From NCBI GenBank assembly GCA_010093815.1, contig ML996570.1: DNA of 64,000 bases. One strand, written 5' to 3'. Position 1 is the first letter of the stretch. Each line of letters opens with the position of its first letter. The translations under genes were made by a program, and so were the position numbers. Below, in pieces: positions 1-13,038 of the stretch. This stretch comes from Pseudovirgaria hyperparasitica. Its lineage: Eukaryota. A model generated the notes under the pieces. The model saw only the letters and a program-made list of their open reading frames with translations. It did no database searches and was not told the origin of the DNA.

Positions 1-1143
1 TTCACATTTTTCAACATGCTTCCCATGCCGCTACCCTTACGGCTTGTACGAAAGTCGCTGTTGCTACTGGCATCCTTCGACTTTGATCTGGCATACCGTC
101 TGCCAGAGCCTTCCACTAGTTCAAAATCATTCGGCAAATGGGCACCCATTTGACCGGTCTGGAGCTCAGTGAAGAATTTGTGAAGGCTCGGAAGACTAGC
201 AGTGATACACGAGGTATGTAGTACAATCTGGTTGATAGCTGTCAATGTGTTATTATACCAGGTCTTGTCCATTGTTTCGAGATAGCCGCCTAAAAGGATC
301 AGAGATGCAATCGAGACGAAGCAGACCCTAGAGCCGTCAGCTACGGTCCAATCGCCGACCTGCTGAGTACCCACACGAGTCTCAATATGAACAAGGCCGA
401 AATTGACAAACGGAGGCCGATGGCCATGTTCAAGTTCAGAATGACTGGCAGAATTACTGTTCCTAGGAGCAGATCGGTGATGATGTTCAGGACGGTGATT
501 GGGTACCAGAGGTATCGCCCAGTCCGACAACGAGCATTTTCGAATATGTATCTCTCCGGTGAGCGACACATGAAGGCGACAGAAAAAACAGAAAATAAAG
601 TCCAGATGGTGATTAAACCCGCAAGGACCCATACCCAGATCCGCATCTGCTTGCCTACGTTATCAATGCGTCCTGACAGGATGGCGACAGAAGCTTTTGC
701 TAAAGCTTGTATGACTATGGACAAGAGATTTTGCGAATACGTCAGCTGAGATCATCAATTCTATCCTTTGTTGGTAATTATCGGTGACTTACTTTGAAGT
801 AAGATCTGAGCATGCTACTAGTTAAGGTATCGATGTGACGGCCTAAACCATTGTTTACCGAATATTGCACCACAATCGCCTGCGGTACCAACATGATCTA
901 GAAAATTAGAAATGAAATCATAGAGGCCTATATTGGACTCACATTTGCAGCGAGTAGTAAAGCATCACTGACATAGAACGCCCGTTTCTTGTAACCCAAA
1001 TTCATGTACAGCTGGGCAGCTGCAACGGATGCCGAGACACAAAGGAAAGTATACGTAACGACGACGACTAAGCCGCCCTGATCTGTCTCGTTGTAGAGAT
1101 ACAGGGGCGGATATGCACCACCATCGAGGTTGATGTCTGCCAT
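1..1143 (-). CDS. PTH11-like (rhodopsin-family) integral membrane protein, 3' end runs off the window
   Basis: ATG at 1143 (MADINL...). Three GT-AG introns join the ORF pieces in frame. Multiple TM segments with motifs typical of the family (NGLGRH, LAKAS, NIITD, SLPSL). No stop before base 1. Confidence 0.75.
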
Positions 1144-2028
1144 ATCCGGCGGCACAGTCGAGCAGTCAAGACAGAAAGAAAGAATTTGAACACAAGAAAC
1201 AGTCTTTCAAGACCACAGGGCCCTGACGGCTTCATAACGTGCTCATTGTCGAGTTGACGATCCGACAGCTTGGAACAAGGCTGCGAAACAAAAGAAAAAC
1301 GCCTTCGCTACTGCTTTGCCCAGAGCCTGTCACCTCTTGTTGACGGTGGGTCTATTGGGGGGAGAAGCACGGCCAGTGGACGGTTTGCCTCGATGGCACA
1401 TCCATAGACACGACCAACAAGCAAGCATCCATGCACGCAGAAACGACATTTATGTACCATGATGTCCATCAACCAGGCAGACGTTTCGTGGATCGGTCGA
1501 CGCCGGGAGTGAGTTGCAGCCGGTATCCGACATGATGGGCGTGGTGGAAAGGAGGTCAAAGGACAAATGACAAGATATGATGCAGTTAGATGTTCTGCAG
1601 CAGTGTGCGCCGAGATGTTAATCAACAAAGCATGGAAGGATGTGTTTATTGATTGGATGGAGCGCGCTCGGCAGTTGTGGGTGGGTGGATGGTCGTCTGC
1701 ATTGTACAGTAAGACGGTACAGTAATATTACTCTGCATGTACACAATCAGGAGGCGGGATCTAAGCAGGGGATCCCGCCCGATAGCAGCCGTGTGGGGCG
1801 GAAGATATCAGCATAGGGAGCGCACATGTGAGCATTCAGACTCATCTACCCAGGTGAACATCGACCTACATACCAACAAATTCGACACAATATCACCAAT
1901 CATCAATTAACTTACTTGGACATAAGCACTTATGCGATATAGGCGTATCCGTATATCAGTTATGAAAAGCGCAGAGATGAGCATGCATATATAGGAGTGG
2001 AACACTCGCTGGGACATCTACTAACTAG

Positions 2029-2069
2029 CACGCCGCACCCACGCCGCAAACACGCCGCAACACGCCACA
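2029..2069. repeat. Four closely spaced CACGCC(G/A)CA units
   Basis: CACGCCGCA at 2029, 2040 and 2051; CACGCCACA at 2061. Confidence 0.85.
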
Positions 2070-2625
2070 GCCATCAAGTTGTTGAACAGTTGTGTACTCC
2101 ATCGACTATCATATATTGAAGATTGAATATGCTCTCTACCACGGCCGCCACCGTGCCCCAGCATACGGCATCATACGCCATCCTTCAGATCCTCCAGGAG
2201 CCCTGGTTGAAAGCCTAGAATGTAATCATGTAACTGCGGCCCGCCACGCTGCAGCCCACACCCTTGCCCACTGCATGGATTCCCCACTGCCGTCAGTCGT
2301 CTACATACTGCCCATCATTGCGGTACTTGAACATGCCATGTTCTCTCCACCAAATCGACCAACCTGCCTTTTGGTGTTTGATCTCTACTCTTAGCTACAG
2401 AAGCCGTGCATTAGAAGATAGCAGCCAGAACACTAGCTAAGAGCCCATGGATCGCCGGACTCCTCCATCTCTCACGTTGTGCGTCTAGGAATATGTCTTC
2501 TGGCCTGCTTCTATCCTTCTTCTATACTTCTCCTTCCCCTCTCCACTTGGCTTTGCTGCATCATCTTTGCTCTTTCCACTCTTCCTTCTCCTTCTCCCTC
2601 TTTTCTTCAGTATCGGTCGTATAGA

Positions 2626-4458
2626 ATGACCGACAGCAAGATGGACAGCATCGTCCATGATGCGGGAAGGTCGAGTAACATCTCCGATGGCGATGGCAAC
2701 CTTGAGGCCGGTGCTCATAAGGAATACCATCTACGCTTCTCGAACAATAACCTATCCAATCGGAGCAGAAACATGCTTGAGGTATGCTTCAATCTGCGAA
2801 ATTGGCCATATCTGGACATGCTGACTCATGCCTCCCTGTTCACAGCGATATATCAACTTACCACCAGCAATTGCCTTCAGTATCACCATCATGTCAACAT
2901 GGCCTTCGCTGAGTTTATCTCTGCAAGCTGGTCTATACAATGGTGGTCCGACAGCTCTAGTCTGGGGTATGCTTCTTGCAGGCTTCGGTTCCACAGCTAT
3001 TGCCGCTGTACTCGGAGAAATGGCGTCCATGTAAGCTCCACCACTTTATTTCGCGTATGCCGTACTTAATTCTCCGTAGTACGCCACAGGTCGGTGCGCA
3101 GTATCGCTGGACCGGCATATATGCTCCGAAATTTCTGAATCCTCATTTCTGGAGTTTGATCCAGGGTAAGTAGTCGATGCATTACTCTTGATTGGGCGAT
3201 GACTTGCAAGACTTGACTTGGTTGATATGACTGTGACAGGTTGGTTGACCCTCTTTGCATGGATCACACTTTGTGCTGTCTGGCCGTTCTTGACGGCACT
3301 CCTGCTGCAGGGCGTGGTGATCCTTAATTACCCAGACTATGTGCCTGAAAGGTGGCATGCCACTCTGATAATGTGGGCTCTGCTCGCGATTCCTGTATTT
3401 GCAAATATATTTGCTCGTCGACTCTTGGTTCTTCTTGAGATCATTGGTGGTGTCCTACACATCGTCTTCTTTTTCTGCATCATTATCACGCTTCTTGTCC
3501 TCTCACCCCGCAGCACTAGCTCGTTCGTGTTCACTACATCATTCTATGGACAGTCTGGGTGGGATAGTGAATTCGTACAATGGTGTTTGGGCCTATTGAC
3601 GACCACGGGTATCCTTTGCGGTGAGTATATTACCAGATTGCACCAGAATGATGCTGATTTTTACCAGGTTTTGACGGCTCACTCCATCTGAGTGACGAAG
3701 TCAAAGACGCCCCAAGGAAAGTTCCAGTAGCCATGATTACCAGCATGGTTGTGAACAGCATCATCGGATTCATCTACCTGATCATCATCCTCTACTGCAT
3801 TGGCGACGTCTCACGTGTGCTCAACACCACCACCGACTTCGCAATCATCGAAATCTTCTACCAGACGACAGGTTCAGTCGCATGGGCTACGGTTCTCAGC
3901 TGTATGGTCGTCATCCCCTCCCTAATCTGCCAATTCGGCGTCTTTGCCTCCGTTTCGCGGCTCGTCTGGGCCTTTGCCATGGACAACGGCCTCCCCTTCT
4001 CCGCATACTTCTCCCACGTAAACACGCGCCTCAAGATCCCCCTACGCGCTCTCCTCCTGGTCACCGTCATATGCTGCCTAATCTGCCTCATCAATATCGG
4101 CTCCACAACCGCCTTCTACGCCGTCCTTTCACTCGGCGCCCTCGCCCTTTACGGCTCCTACCTCCTCCCGGTCCTCTTCTTTCTCTACCGGAAACTCGTC
4201 GGCCCAAGCGTTCAATACGGGCCCTTCAACATGGGCGGCCTATCTACCCCTATCACCATCTATGCCGCGGTGTGGCTCGTTTTTGTCCTTTTCTGGACCC
4301 CTTGGCCGCAGTTCTTGCCCGTTACCACAGATACGATGAACTGGTCTAGCCCGATTTTCGTAGGTGTGGTTGTGCTTGCGATTGCGGACTGGTGTATTGG
4401 AGGTCGGAAGAGGTTTCGCGTCCCTACAACTGTGGAAGACTCGCCGTATGTGGAGTAA
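2626..4458 (+). CDS. APC-superfamily amino acid permease (choline/GABA transporter-like)
   Basis: Introns 2782-2845, 3031-3079, 3166-3239 and 3621-3667 give one frame. Motifs NGGP, GEMAS..P..GAQYRW, GFDGSLHLSDEV, SRLVWAFA.DNGLPFS, MNWS. Many TM helices. Confidence 0.92.
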
Positions 4459-7068
4459 GCAGATGATGTGTTGGCATATATGTGAATATCTATACACATA
4501 TATAGGAGTTTACACGCTGCCCAATCATGATATCTTGGGATAGCGCGATATGCGTTACGTTGTTATGATGTACATTTGTGACTTTTGCGCGGTAGTAATT
4601 AGTCGTTATACCCGTGTGTGGATGCGTACATTGCGCTAATTATGATTTATATATGCCTTTAAATCATGAAAAATCATGTAAAGTTGACTGTTGACTGTGG
4701 TTATGTTCTGCGTTGTTGTACTGTACAATTTCAGTTTTGCGGCTTGGTATGGGTGTGATCTAAAGTCGATCTCCGCACCTTGGGAGGTGCTAGTCGTACA
4801 AATTATTCTAGTGCTGCTTATTACTATTAGTTGACTGAACTATATAACATCTTCTTGGATCTTGATCGTCATCTTGAATTTTTCTAGTGTTGAGCTATGC
4901 TATGCTATGCTATCGATGGAGCCGCATGCAGTGTTCTCCAAGCCGTTTCATGCGTGCATGCGAGATAGAAGTAGTTCGTAAGTACTATTATCTGCAAAGA
5001 GCTCGATTAGTCAAAGAAGAAGGAATGACGTAAGACTATAACTAATCTGTTACTATGTCGCGTTACCGTCGTGTTGTATCATCTGAGCGGGAAGATCTAT
5101 CTGCTAGGGTTACATGATACGGCGTAGTCTAACATAGTACATACACGTTGGGCATACGGTGTTAAAAGTGGAGTAATGACAGAAGGGATGAGTGCGGCAC
5201 ACGCAGCTCGGCACAACCAGAGTGCTGGAGACGTATAGACAATTCTATCGAATCAGCACACATCGTTGCCAGCCCAGCGGCAAGGTTGGAGTCATCAGGA
5301 CGTCTTGAGTATATCTCCTGGAAAGTACCTCGGACGTGTGAGGGACTGTGGTGTGGCTGCGGCGCAGTATGATGTGGTGACGAATCGAAGCCTACCCTTG
5401 CCTGAGTCTTAAAGCACGGATCCATGGTTGTAATATTGCCGGTTGATCAGAGTATTATGTGTTTAGTGGACTCTTTCTGTCTCTTTCTCCCCTTCTTCGT
5501 TTTCAGGCTGGTTGTCTTGTATGTCTTGCTTGGTGAGGAAGGACTGTTGCATAAAGGGTATTGCATCGCCGCTAGGAGCACTATAATGATGTTAGATAGC
5601 TCTATGGAGCGGCAAATGGGGACTGAACAAGTCTTACGGCTTTGCTAGGAGATTTGTTCTCAGATGTACCGTCTTTTGTCTTATGTTCCGTATGCTTATC
5701 ATTCAGCTGATAGAGCTTCAGCTCGCTGCCGAGGTATCGTTTCGCAGTGTTTCTTGGTAATGTCAATATTTTGGTTGTTAGGAGAAGACACGCGTAAGAA
5801 CCCTGAGATCTAAAGGCCCAGAGCAGTAAACTCTTAAGTCTTGTCAGGGCTAACCATTTTAATCGTATTCAGTACTATCCTCGGTCAAGATTACACCTCT
5901 CCTTTCCTTCAGAATCGTTTATATACTCCAGTACATCTCTTCAGCCTAAGCTCCTTCGAGTGGACTGTTGCGTTCTGTTATCAATCGTCTTATAGCCTTG
6001 ACAAGTAGACAGAGCGTGAGGGTTGTATTGCTTCAGATCTTCCTCGTGCTCCAAGTCCATGCTATATGAGGTTGTGCTCGATCCCGATAGTCTCTTCTTA
6101 TCGACAACTTCGTCAACGATCGATTGATTACCTCGAACTGTAATCTGTCTCTGATCAGCTTGCTTTCATTCAGCCGGATCATTACCTGAATGCGTGCAGT
6201 TTAGTACGTTACCGGTCGGGGCTTTCGACCACTCTACATACTTTCAGTGCTACATGTTTGACATACCTTGTTTCCTCGAAGGAGTCTACTCAGACTTGCT
6301 GGCTGGCATTTCATGATTGTGATTTGGTGCAAAACTAGATGGCCAGCTTTGTGTACCGTTGAAACGATTTTTTGCGATGTACCTCCTTTGTGTGCTGTAT
6401 TTATTCTTGTCTTTGTCCGGTTGTATAGACATATTCTCCCATTGTATGACCAGACGTAAAGGTGGCCTCGGTCCGACTTTAAGTATAGTGTGCTCAAACT
6501 GGATCTAGAGTGAGCGAAACTGCGGTAGGGCTCGTAGGCCTGGAGAAATGGATGTAAAGGTTTTCTGGAGTGGGGTTTGGATTGATTGGATGGGCATCTG
6601 ATACATGATAGGCGCTTGCGGTCTCAGTGGATGTACGTCAATATTTCGAGATTCAGAACCGATAAACCATAAGATATGGAGTTGAGATAAGATGTACTGT
6701 GTGATTCCAGATATGTAACAAAGTACTCTTTGAGAAGGCTTCATTAGTAACGGTTGTCACGATCGTGGCAGCGAATATTCTGAACGCTGTAACATTATTT
6801 CCCGGGCTTCACCCATTTCGAATGGCACTGTGTGCTTCTTCATCATCGGTAGAGCTTGGGATAATGATCAAATTCAAGTTGTGTTCGTTTCACTGCGTGT
6901 TTCGGTAGAGTGCATGTGCTTCACTGCTGCATTCGAGAGGGCATAAAAAGCTCAGTCACTGTACCTGGGGAACCGATCACTGCAGGCTTACAGCCGAGCT
7001 AGTGCAGTTATGGTCATCAGTGTATGGCAAGAGAGTCACATATAGTCTACGCAAAAGGAGCTTACTTC

Positions 7069-7171
7069 GCCTTCGGGCACTTGGTCAATATGAAACACTA
7101 CAGAGAAGATTAGCATGGCCCCTGCACGAAGGATGACACGCTTAATCAAAGAGACGCTACAAATTTTTTTT
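7069..7171 (+). ncRNA. SNR6: U6 spliceosomal snRNA (intronless)
   Basis: 5' hairpin GCC-TTCG-GGC; A-box-like TGGTCAATATG; ACAGAGA box at 7100-7106; AGATTAGCATGGCCCCTG...AAGGATGACAC core; T8 Pol III terminator at 7164-7171; TATA-like CATATAG about 30 nt upstream. Confidence 0.96.
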
Positions 7172-8863
7172 AGCTTTTGATCCAGAGATCAAGTCTTGCC
7201 CTGATCTTCTTTTGACCCACAGGAATGGCCCAAAGATTCGCATATACTTATTTCATGGAAGCAACAACTCTGCGAACACTGTCTATTGCCCTTTTACGTC
7301 TCTGTCATCATACCTAACCCCTTCCTGGATTTTAATTTAGCGAAACACCGCTTTATATATGATCAGCTGAGGCTGAGATGGCTTGAAGTTCTGGAGTGAT
7401 GAATCCTGGTGTATAGAACGGTCATAACCTGGTTTAAGTAGGGCATAGCATGATAAGATCGAGCTTCTTCTACAAGATAGATTTACAATAATCTCACCAA
7501 TGAATTTCCTGTTCAAATGAATCGTGGTGTAACTCTCACTGGGAGCTTTCTCACAAAGTTTTGGAGTGGAGGCACATCTGACAAAGAAAAGAAAAGTCCA
7601 AGCGGCCTTTTACCAGTTTTCATCTTCCAAGAACCACCCTTGAATTTCGCACACCAACGAATACCTGCCACGGCATCGCAGAAATATTATCTCTCCTGGG
7701 AAGCTCATTTACTCGTATCATCGTATTTTCAGGGTTGAAGACTTCCCGATAGATGATCACACGGCTGTCAAGGTAAGCAACATGGCACCTCGATCATTTG
7801 AAGTCAACCTCCCACTCTAACATTTCTCGGCTCTATAGGCGACGCCTCCTTAATGGCATCATGTCATTATATATCCACGAGCCATCGGGAGGAGTTACAC
7901 CACGATTACACCTATGGGAAAACGAATGCGTGGTGTTGATGACGAAAAGAACAAGTCGACGTGTAAAGCACATTGAAGACTACTTCTGACACTACGGGCT
8001 CACGGATTATAATACTGGAACAGATGATGTTGAATACTGACACTGACCTCCCAAACCGTAAACCATCGAAATACGAGCTTCGGAGCTTGTCACCTCTGCA
8101 ACGTCAAGACAGACAAGAAAAGACTGGCATAGAGCGAGCGCGAACACGGCTAAATATGCAGCTGAACATGACGCTGATGATATTACACAATACAATCAGA
8201 AGAGAAAGATAAACAAACCTAGGGATGAATACTGTAACTTCAAGGTGACTCTACGAGTCAGGAATAACTTGACCTTCATAGGTGTCTCTGTGAAGTCCTC
8301 ACTCGGACTTTGTGCATAGTGGAGGCAAATGATACACCCATTGATAGATACTGTTTCTAAAGCAACTATGTATCTTACAGATACTATCATATTAGGAATG
8401 GTATCTAGAGGCGCCCAGGTACCACACCATACTACTGATTTACGTCTTGTAAGAAACTCAACAGGCGTTGAAGACACTACCGATGGTATAGCGACTGATG
8501 AGCCTTCCGACGTTCGCATAAAATTTCATCGAGTTCAGGATATGACTAGGACAAGTGGTTATGTTTCTATAAGTTGTGTAAAGGCTTCCTCTAGATACAT
8601 CTGCTGGAGAATGGACCAAAATTGGGATATATGATAAAGGGGTGATTGTTGGATGTCGTGATGAGATATACGCAGTGGATAAGCCAATACTAGTATGAGT
8701 AATGCGTAGAGGTTCCTATCGTCAATCTTGCACCACAGAAGCGGACGCATGAACCGGCGCGCCCTAGGGCGTAAGCGGATCCGTAAGCACAGAGTAGCTA
8801 TTATACTAAGAGGCGGCCCTCGTCACATCTTCTGAAGAGCCATGGAACTTCTTTATCTTCACT

Positions 8864-9684
8864 ATGCACATCCGGCTCGCTACAATTGCAGACGCGCCAT
8901 ACGCGGCTGAAGTATCATTCGCAGCGTATTGGAACAACGAACTATACTGCTGGCTCTATCCACAGCGGGATAAATACCCCAGCGATCTCATAGAGTCACT
9001 GAGAATTCGTAACAAGATTGGATTTCTGTCGCCTGGGGTTGTGTCGACTGTTGCTGTCACAGACGAGAATGATGGCTTAGGTGACCCGGGGCGCATTATT
9101 GGATTTGCCGTGTGGAGGCGGTTTGGTAGTGATCCAGAAGCGCAGAAGTGGATGCATGATAGTATGTGGAAAAGTGCGTCACCACTCGAATACACATACT
9201 ACCTGATGGTGACCTGACCTATGTAGGACTGGACAGATACTTACTCTCGTGGGAGAAATGGTACCAAGACAACTTCCTCGACTATGCAACCGACTGGAAA
9301 CGGGTAGCATACTTCAGATCTGTCATATCCAAGGTTGTCTTCTATAAAACACTTGATGATTACTGGCTGCTTAATTCACTCGCTGTACACCCTCAGGCGC
9401 AGCGTCGAGGAATCGGCAGCAGATTGTTAGAATGGGGCATGCAGACTGCCGAGAGGGAAAGCGTTCCCGTAGTCCTAGAGTCGGCGCCCCCAGCGAGGGC
9501 TTTATATGAAAGGGCTGGTCTGAAGGTTTTCGAGGAGATCGAGGTCGAAGGTATTGAGCCTGGATATGCGATGCTATGGGAGCCAGATCGTATCAAAGGG
9601 ACATGGCTGACCATGGACGATAAGGGAAACACAGTCTTGAGAGGCCAGAAGCTTAAAGCTCAGGAGCGAGAAGAAAAGATGTGA
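8864..9684 (+). CDS. GNAT-family N-acetyltransferase
   Basis: Intron 9174-9226 joins two ORFs in frame. Acetyl-CoA motif A LAVHPQAQRRGIGSRL, followed by ALYERAG. Confidence 0.9.
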
Positions 9685-9944
9685 AAAGGAAGTATGAAGA
9701 ATAACGATATACATAGAGCAGTGTGATGAAGTGGATTGTGAAGAAAGGGAATATGAAGGAAGACTGTGGAAGTGAAAAGAAACACGAAAGAAAGATACTG
9801 TGAACGACATGGATTGTGATAAGATTATAGTCTATTACATATATACAGGATTCATTAAACGAGGACCGAATCCTTAAGGCATCGACACGGTAATGGCAAG
9901 AGCTCAGAGACGTTAGCTAAGAGCACTGGAAATGGAAGGTATTG

Positions 9945-10337
9945 CTAAGAACGAAAGGCAGAGACTGAATCAGCAGTACTTCGATGGGCTTGTTCGGACT
10001 CATCTGTAGTGGCTACTCGCAGGTCCGGATTCACAGCCCCAGGTTCTGTCGTAACGAGACCCCATAGCCGCCCAACGATACCGAACAACCTGGTCCGATT
10101 CCCAGGCCCAGCATCTCCATGCACGGGATTAGAAGGAGACGAGGGCGGAGTGGGAAGTATGAGAGGGCCGCAATTGTGGATGCTAGGTTCGCTATGCTTG
10201 TGACAGACATATTCGAAGCAGTAGCGACACAGCAACATGTATGACTCTCTACAGCGCCGCTCTGCGCAGTAAGGAGATGTTGGGGCGGTAGAGGTAAGAG
10301 AGCAAGTACGTTTGTACTCCGGGCGGAAAGGGATCAT
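9945..10337 (-). CDS. Small protein with AN1-type zinc finger
   Basis: 130-aa ATG ORF containing C-x4-C-x7-C-x2-C-x4-C-x2-H-x5-H-x-C, followed by a Pro/Ser-rich tail. Confidence 0.55.
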   Translation of the reverse strand: MIPFRPEYKRTCSLTSTAPTSPYCAERRCRESYMLLCRYCFEYVCHKHSEPSIHNCGPLILPTPPSSPSNPVHGDAGPGNRTRLFGIVGRLWGLVTTEPGAVNPDLRVATTDESEQAHRSTADSVSAFRS

Positions 10338-11849
10338 CTTAAATAGATGATGAGCGCAAGTCTGAGTTCTTTGAGCGAGTGAGCGGTGTTGGTGTGTAGC
10401 ATGTGAGCCTCAGGGGCAATGAGTGTTGACGTTGGAAGTGCAGCGGCCCGATGGATATCAAGGTGAACTTGGAGTTGCAAAATCGAGTATGGAACTCGTA
10501 ATCATGCGCCTTTATATAGAAATTGGCTCATTGTCGTACAGAAGACAACGTGGCATACTCTCCAAGGCGCGACTTTTCACGAGATCGTGGAGTAGGTTGC
10601 ATCGATATGCGTTGTCTTTAGGACTGTGAAATAGACAGTGGTGACCATGTTGACAAGTATCTTTAGTTTCTAGCAAACCTATGGCTAGGCTTCTGTAGGT
10701 AGTTCATATCATGTCGAAAGAGACGTATAATTTCTCTAGATGCTTAATGTGTGTAAGCAATCGAATGGGAGATCTTGAAGTGCCAATCAAAGCTCTGCGA
10801 GAGTCTCAAGATTCTGCTGTTCAAGCCACATCTGAGTCTATCGTCAGCGAATACATTCGATATGCAGGACGAAATATCTATTAGGAAGAGTTCCGTGACC
10901 ACAATGCTGATATAAATCGCCCATGTGAAAGAAGGTGCCGATTGTATGTAATTTGAGGCACCTATTTAGGCCTTAAAAGTGATATAGCTAACACTTCTCC
11001 ACGCAAAGCCAACTCTGCACAACTTAAATCCTCTGGCAGACGTATGAACACTTGCTCTAATAGTTATGAAGGCTGTGTTCTGCGCTATAATAAATCTGAC
11101 GCTGATTTGGGATTTTCAGGTAGCCCTCTATATCATAAGTTGCTATGAACGGATAGCTGTAGTTATACATAAAGCATTATAGTAGCCTAGGTGCGCCATG
11201 ATTTACTTTCGTGAAGACACTGTTGTGTTACGCAATCAGTATCTACAAGAGCAAGCTCGTAATTTTTCATACGAGATTTCTGGAAGTTGACTGCAGGAGA
11301 ATAGTTCTTAAATGATAGTAAATAGCTGCAAAGCTGAGGAGATTTTTCATGCTTGACGTCATGGGTTGGGTATCGAGGAGACATATGCTTGCGCCGGAGT
11401 CGACAATCGTGGTAGCTGTCTTCACGTCGTGACCCAGGGATAAAGATGACAGCTGCATAGATAGACCCAAGATTGCCGTGAGGTCTGGTTGTGGGCGTAA
11501 AGCTATGCTTTCCGGGCATTTATATCACCTCTGGGTATTCTGAACGGCTGGAATCCATGCCTGTCTGTCAGCAACCACATAAGCGAATGGCCTCACGATC
11601 TGTTTGCCGGTACTTTGTAGATGTCTGCACCGCAGATGATATTCATAACTTGGCTTTCAAAGCTTGTGGTATTATGGCCTGCAACGCTTGGGGTACTACG
11701 TGCCTCGTCATTAAGGAAGTCGCAAGTTGCACTTTAGAACTAAGCAATGGTAAGAACGTGTTTCTCTAATGGCTCGCAAATCCTTTCCATCGACCATTCC
11801 AGGGTCACCCACTTTGTTCAGGTGCGAGACATACTAGAGCAGAGTCACC

Positions 11850-12796
11850 ATGATCACAAGCTCGAATGTCCTCTCCTCGGATGTAGCGCAAATGGAAGAA
11901 ATTAACCAGGATGCAACCTGCATACCTGGCTCACCCTTCGATCCTCAAACCGTAACCACGGTTCCATCGGCGGCAGCCAGAACTCCAGCCCGGAAGAGAA
12001 AGATGTCGAACGTAGAAGAGCGAACAGATGTCAAAAGGTCAGGCTCATCATCTGTAAGTCTAATACAAGCATCAATAGCCTATCACGACTAAGGTCTTCC
12101 TAGCCAACTCAGGACCAGCAATCAGACGCAATGCCTGCATTCATACTTCAAGTTCAGCAAGAATATACTTCGTGGTTGAAGACGAACGAGGACATAAAGT
12201 TGCAGCTGAGTAAGCAAAGCAAAGAGCTTGACAAGATCAAGGATGCTCGATTGCAAGACTCTCAGGAACTTTTGCGTCTTAGACCTTACGAGTCGAAATT
12301 CGTCGCCGTGAAGGCCGAGCTTACGCAGACGAGGCAGCTCCATGAATCGGACTTGAGTAGAGACAGTCAAATCATCGACACTTTGACGCTGAAGTTCAAT
12401 CACTGTGCGACGGAAAAGGAAGCACTTAGACGGACCCTTGACACGGAAAGGGAGAAGAACGTGAAGAAGAGGAAGAACTTGGAGCATGAAGTCGCACGAG
12501 CCAAGCACCAGCGAGACGTATGGGAAGCGGACAAAGAGAATTTCAAGGATGAACTTTCTGTCACTTTTACTGCACTCAGCCGCGTGAGGGAAGCCTTTCA
12601 GGCTCATGTTGGCATTGATGAAGCGTTCCGCTCAATGCATACTGCGCACGACTTTGTCGTAAACAGACGACCAGAAGAAAATTTATCGGAGCTGGAACAT
12701 AGTGGTATGGGGATCCTTCTCAGTGGGTCTCGAACGAATTCTAGGGTAATGCAGAAGCAAGTCTCTCATGTGCCAAACTTGTCGAGGTCGATCTAG
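11850..12796 (+). CDS. Hypothetical coiled-coil protein
   Basis: Exon 11850-12053 and intron 12054-12103 (GTAAGT...CTAAG...TAG) join in frame to the E/K/L/R-rich ORF 12131-12796. RKRK is NLS-like. Both ends of the model are uncertain. Confidence 0.5.
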
Positions 12797-13038
12797 AGCA
12801 GGCGGCATCCAATCGATAGACGAAATGAATGTCAAGCACCTGCGCATTGCATATGTTATTAATGTATATACAAAGCAAATCATGGATCACGCTGTATCAC
12901 TCCAAGATGCAGTACAAATCCTAAATGACGCAGAGCACTGTGCTGCATTGATCCTTGGAAAAGAAAAATGAAATGCGACATTGTGTACCTAGAAGTAGAT
13001 CAGCGCAATCGCTTATTACACATATTATTCAATTCGGT

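Noticed and set aside
4500..7000. Short ORFs, a (GCTAT)4 run at 4894-4913 and a TAGGGTTA hit at about 5105 as a possible telomerase RNA template
   Set aside because: No protein-like ORF or consistent splice model. The hit is short and a minus-strand RNA would run into the permease gene.
7500..8750. Overlapping short ORFs between U6 and the GNAT gene as a decayed gene
   Set aside because: All frames carry stops and I recognise no motif.
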